Positions 63,466 through 64,000 of a stretch of DNA of 64,000 nucleotides are shown in pieces. The DNA comes from an uncultured Spirochaetota bacterium (GTDB lineage Bacteria; Spirochaetota; Spirochaetia; SZUA-6; CAVTHK01), in assembly GCA_963734495.1 (NCBI GenBank), contig CAVTHK010000007.1, positions 160,001-224,000 of the forward strand, in the 5' to 3' direction. The notes beneath the pieces were generated by a model. That model was not told the DNA's origin and did no database searches. It worked only from the letters and a program-made list of their open reading frames with translations. The position numbers were made by a program, and so were the translations under genes. Within the stretch, counting starts at the first letter, position 1. Every line of letters begins with the position of its first letter.

Positions 63466-64000
63466 ATGAAAAGGGCGAGCGCTTTTCCGGCGACAGCACT
63501 ACTCGCGGCACTCATAACCCTGTTGCTCGCGGGCCCCACGGAGGGCGCGCACGCCGATCTCGCCGACTTCTACGCGGCCGTCGGCAAGGCCTTCGGCGGC
63601 CTGGAAGACCCCAACACGGGCCTCACGGTCTTCCCGACCCTCCTGGTACCGATCGGCGGCCGCTACGAAGGCATGGGGACCGCCTACACCGCGCTCGCCT
63701 GGGACACCGGCTTCCTCGAGGCGAACCCCGCCGGCAGCGCCGTCCTCGAAACCAGCGAGCTCTCGTTCCTCCATCACAACTGGATCGCCGACTCGCGCCT
63801 CGAAGGCGTCGTCTACACCTTCCGGCTCAACGATCTGGGGATCGGCTTCGGGGGCAAGTTCCTCTACCTGCCGTTCACCGAGTACGGAGACTGGGCGCAG
63901 CGCGAGGCTTCCGGCATCATATCCGAGACCGTCGCGACCGCCAACGTTTCGTACAACCTGTTCCCGAGCTACGACTTCTACGGCCTTGCCGTGGGCACGA
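63466..64000 (+). CDS. UPF0164 family (FadL/PorV-like beta-barrel) protein, runs off the window edge
   Basis: Signal peptide; DPNTGLTVFPTLLVPIGGRYEGMGTAYTA, NPAGSA, HHNWIAD. TTGAAG-17-TATACT promoter. Confidence 0.82.
   Translation, partial: MKRASAFPATALLAALITLLLAGPTEGAHADLADFYAAVGKAFGGLEDPNTGLTVFPTLLVPIGGRYEGMGTAYTALAWDTGFLEANPAGSAVLETSELSFLHHNWIADSRLEGVVYTFRLNDLGIGFGGKFLYLPFTEYGDWAQREASGIISETVATANVSYNLFPSYDFYGLAVGT

Noticed and set aside
1-64000. Numerous long antisense and alternate-frame ORFs
   Set aside because: These are Arg/Ala/Pro/Gly-rich shadow ORFs typical of high-GC DNA. They overlap well-supported genes and carry no motifs.

Overview
High-GC chromosomal window from a spirochaete (Spirochaetia). 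The assignment rests on flaA, a spiro-SPASM radical SAM gene, a UPF0164-like barrel and spirochaete-type signal peptides. I see no phage, IS element, CRISPR array or rRNA. Content in order: hisC-topA; a DeoR/Hyi-like/HAD/sugar-ABC cluster; a birA-bioY-ecfA-ecfT biotin operon with a clear BirA operator; a DUF1537 kinase; a 1.3 kaa outer-membrane protein (barrel + 8 Ig-like repeats + OmpA); GH172; GTP-PEPCK; a DUF1893 + metal ABC locus; a heterodimeric ABC exporter; ThuA; a two-component pair; tRNA-Val(GAC); a PilZ protein; two probable outer-membrane barrels; flaA; an overlapping 7-gene operon (spiro-SPASM, GT-like, SpsF-like cytidylyltransferase, PseG-like/methyltransferase fusion, ATP-grasp, amidase, GerMN); xseAB; a YchF-like NTPase; glpQ; a giant periplasmic-sensor PP2C phosphatase with a large helical partner; and a partial UPF0164 gene. 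Many genes carry single-base frameshifts, densest at about 41.6-52.6 kb, and these look like sequencing errors. The strongest leads are the radical-SAM/nonulosonate-like operon upstream of flaA, the barrel-CTD-repeat-OmpA fusion, a covarying three-hairpin GGA-loop array, recurrent leaderless promoter architecture, and an E. coli-type TopA in a spirochaete. All family calls come from motif recognition by eye, not database searches.
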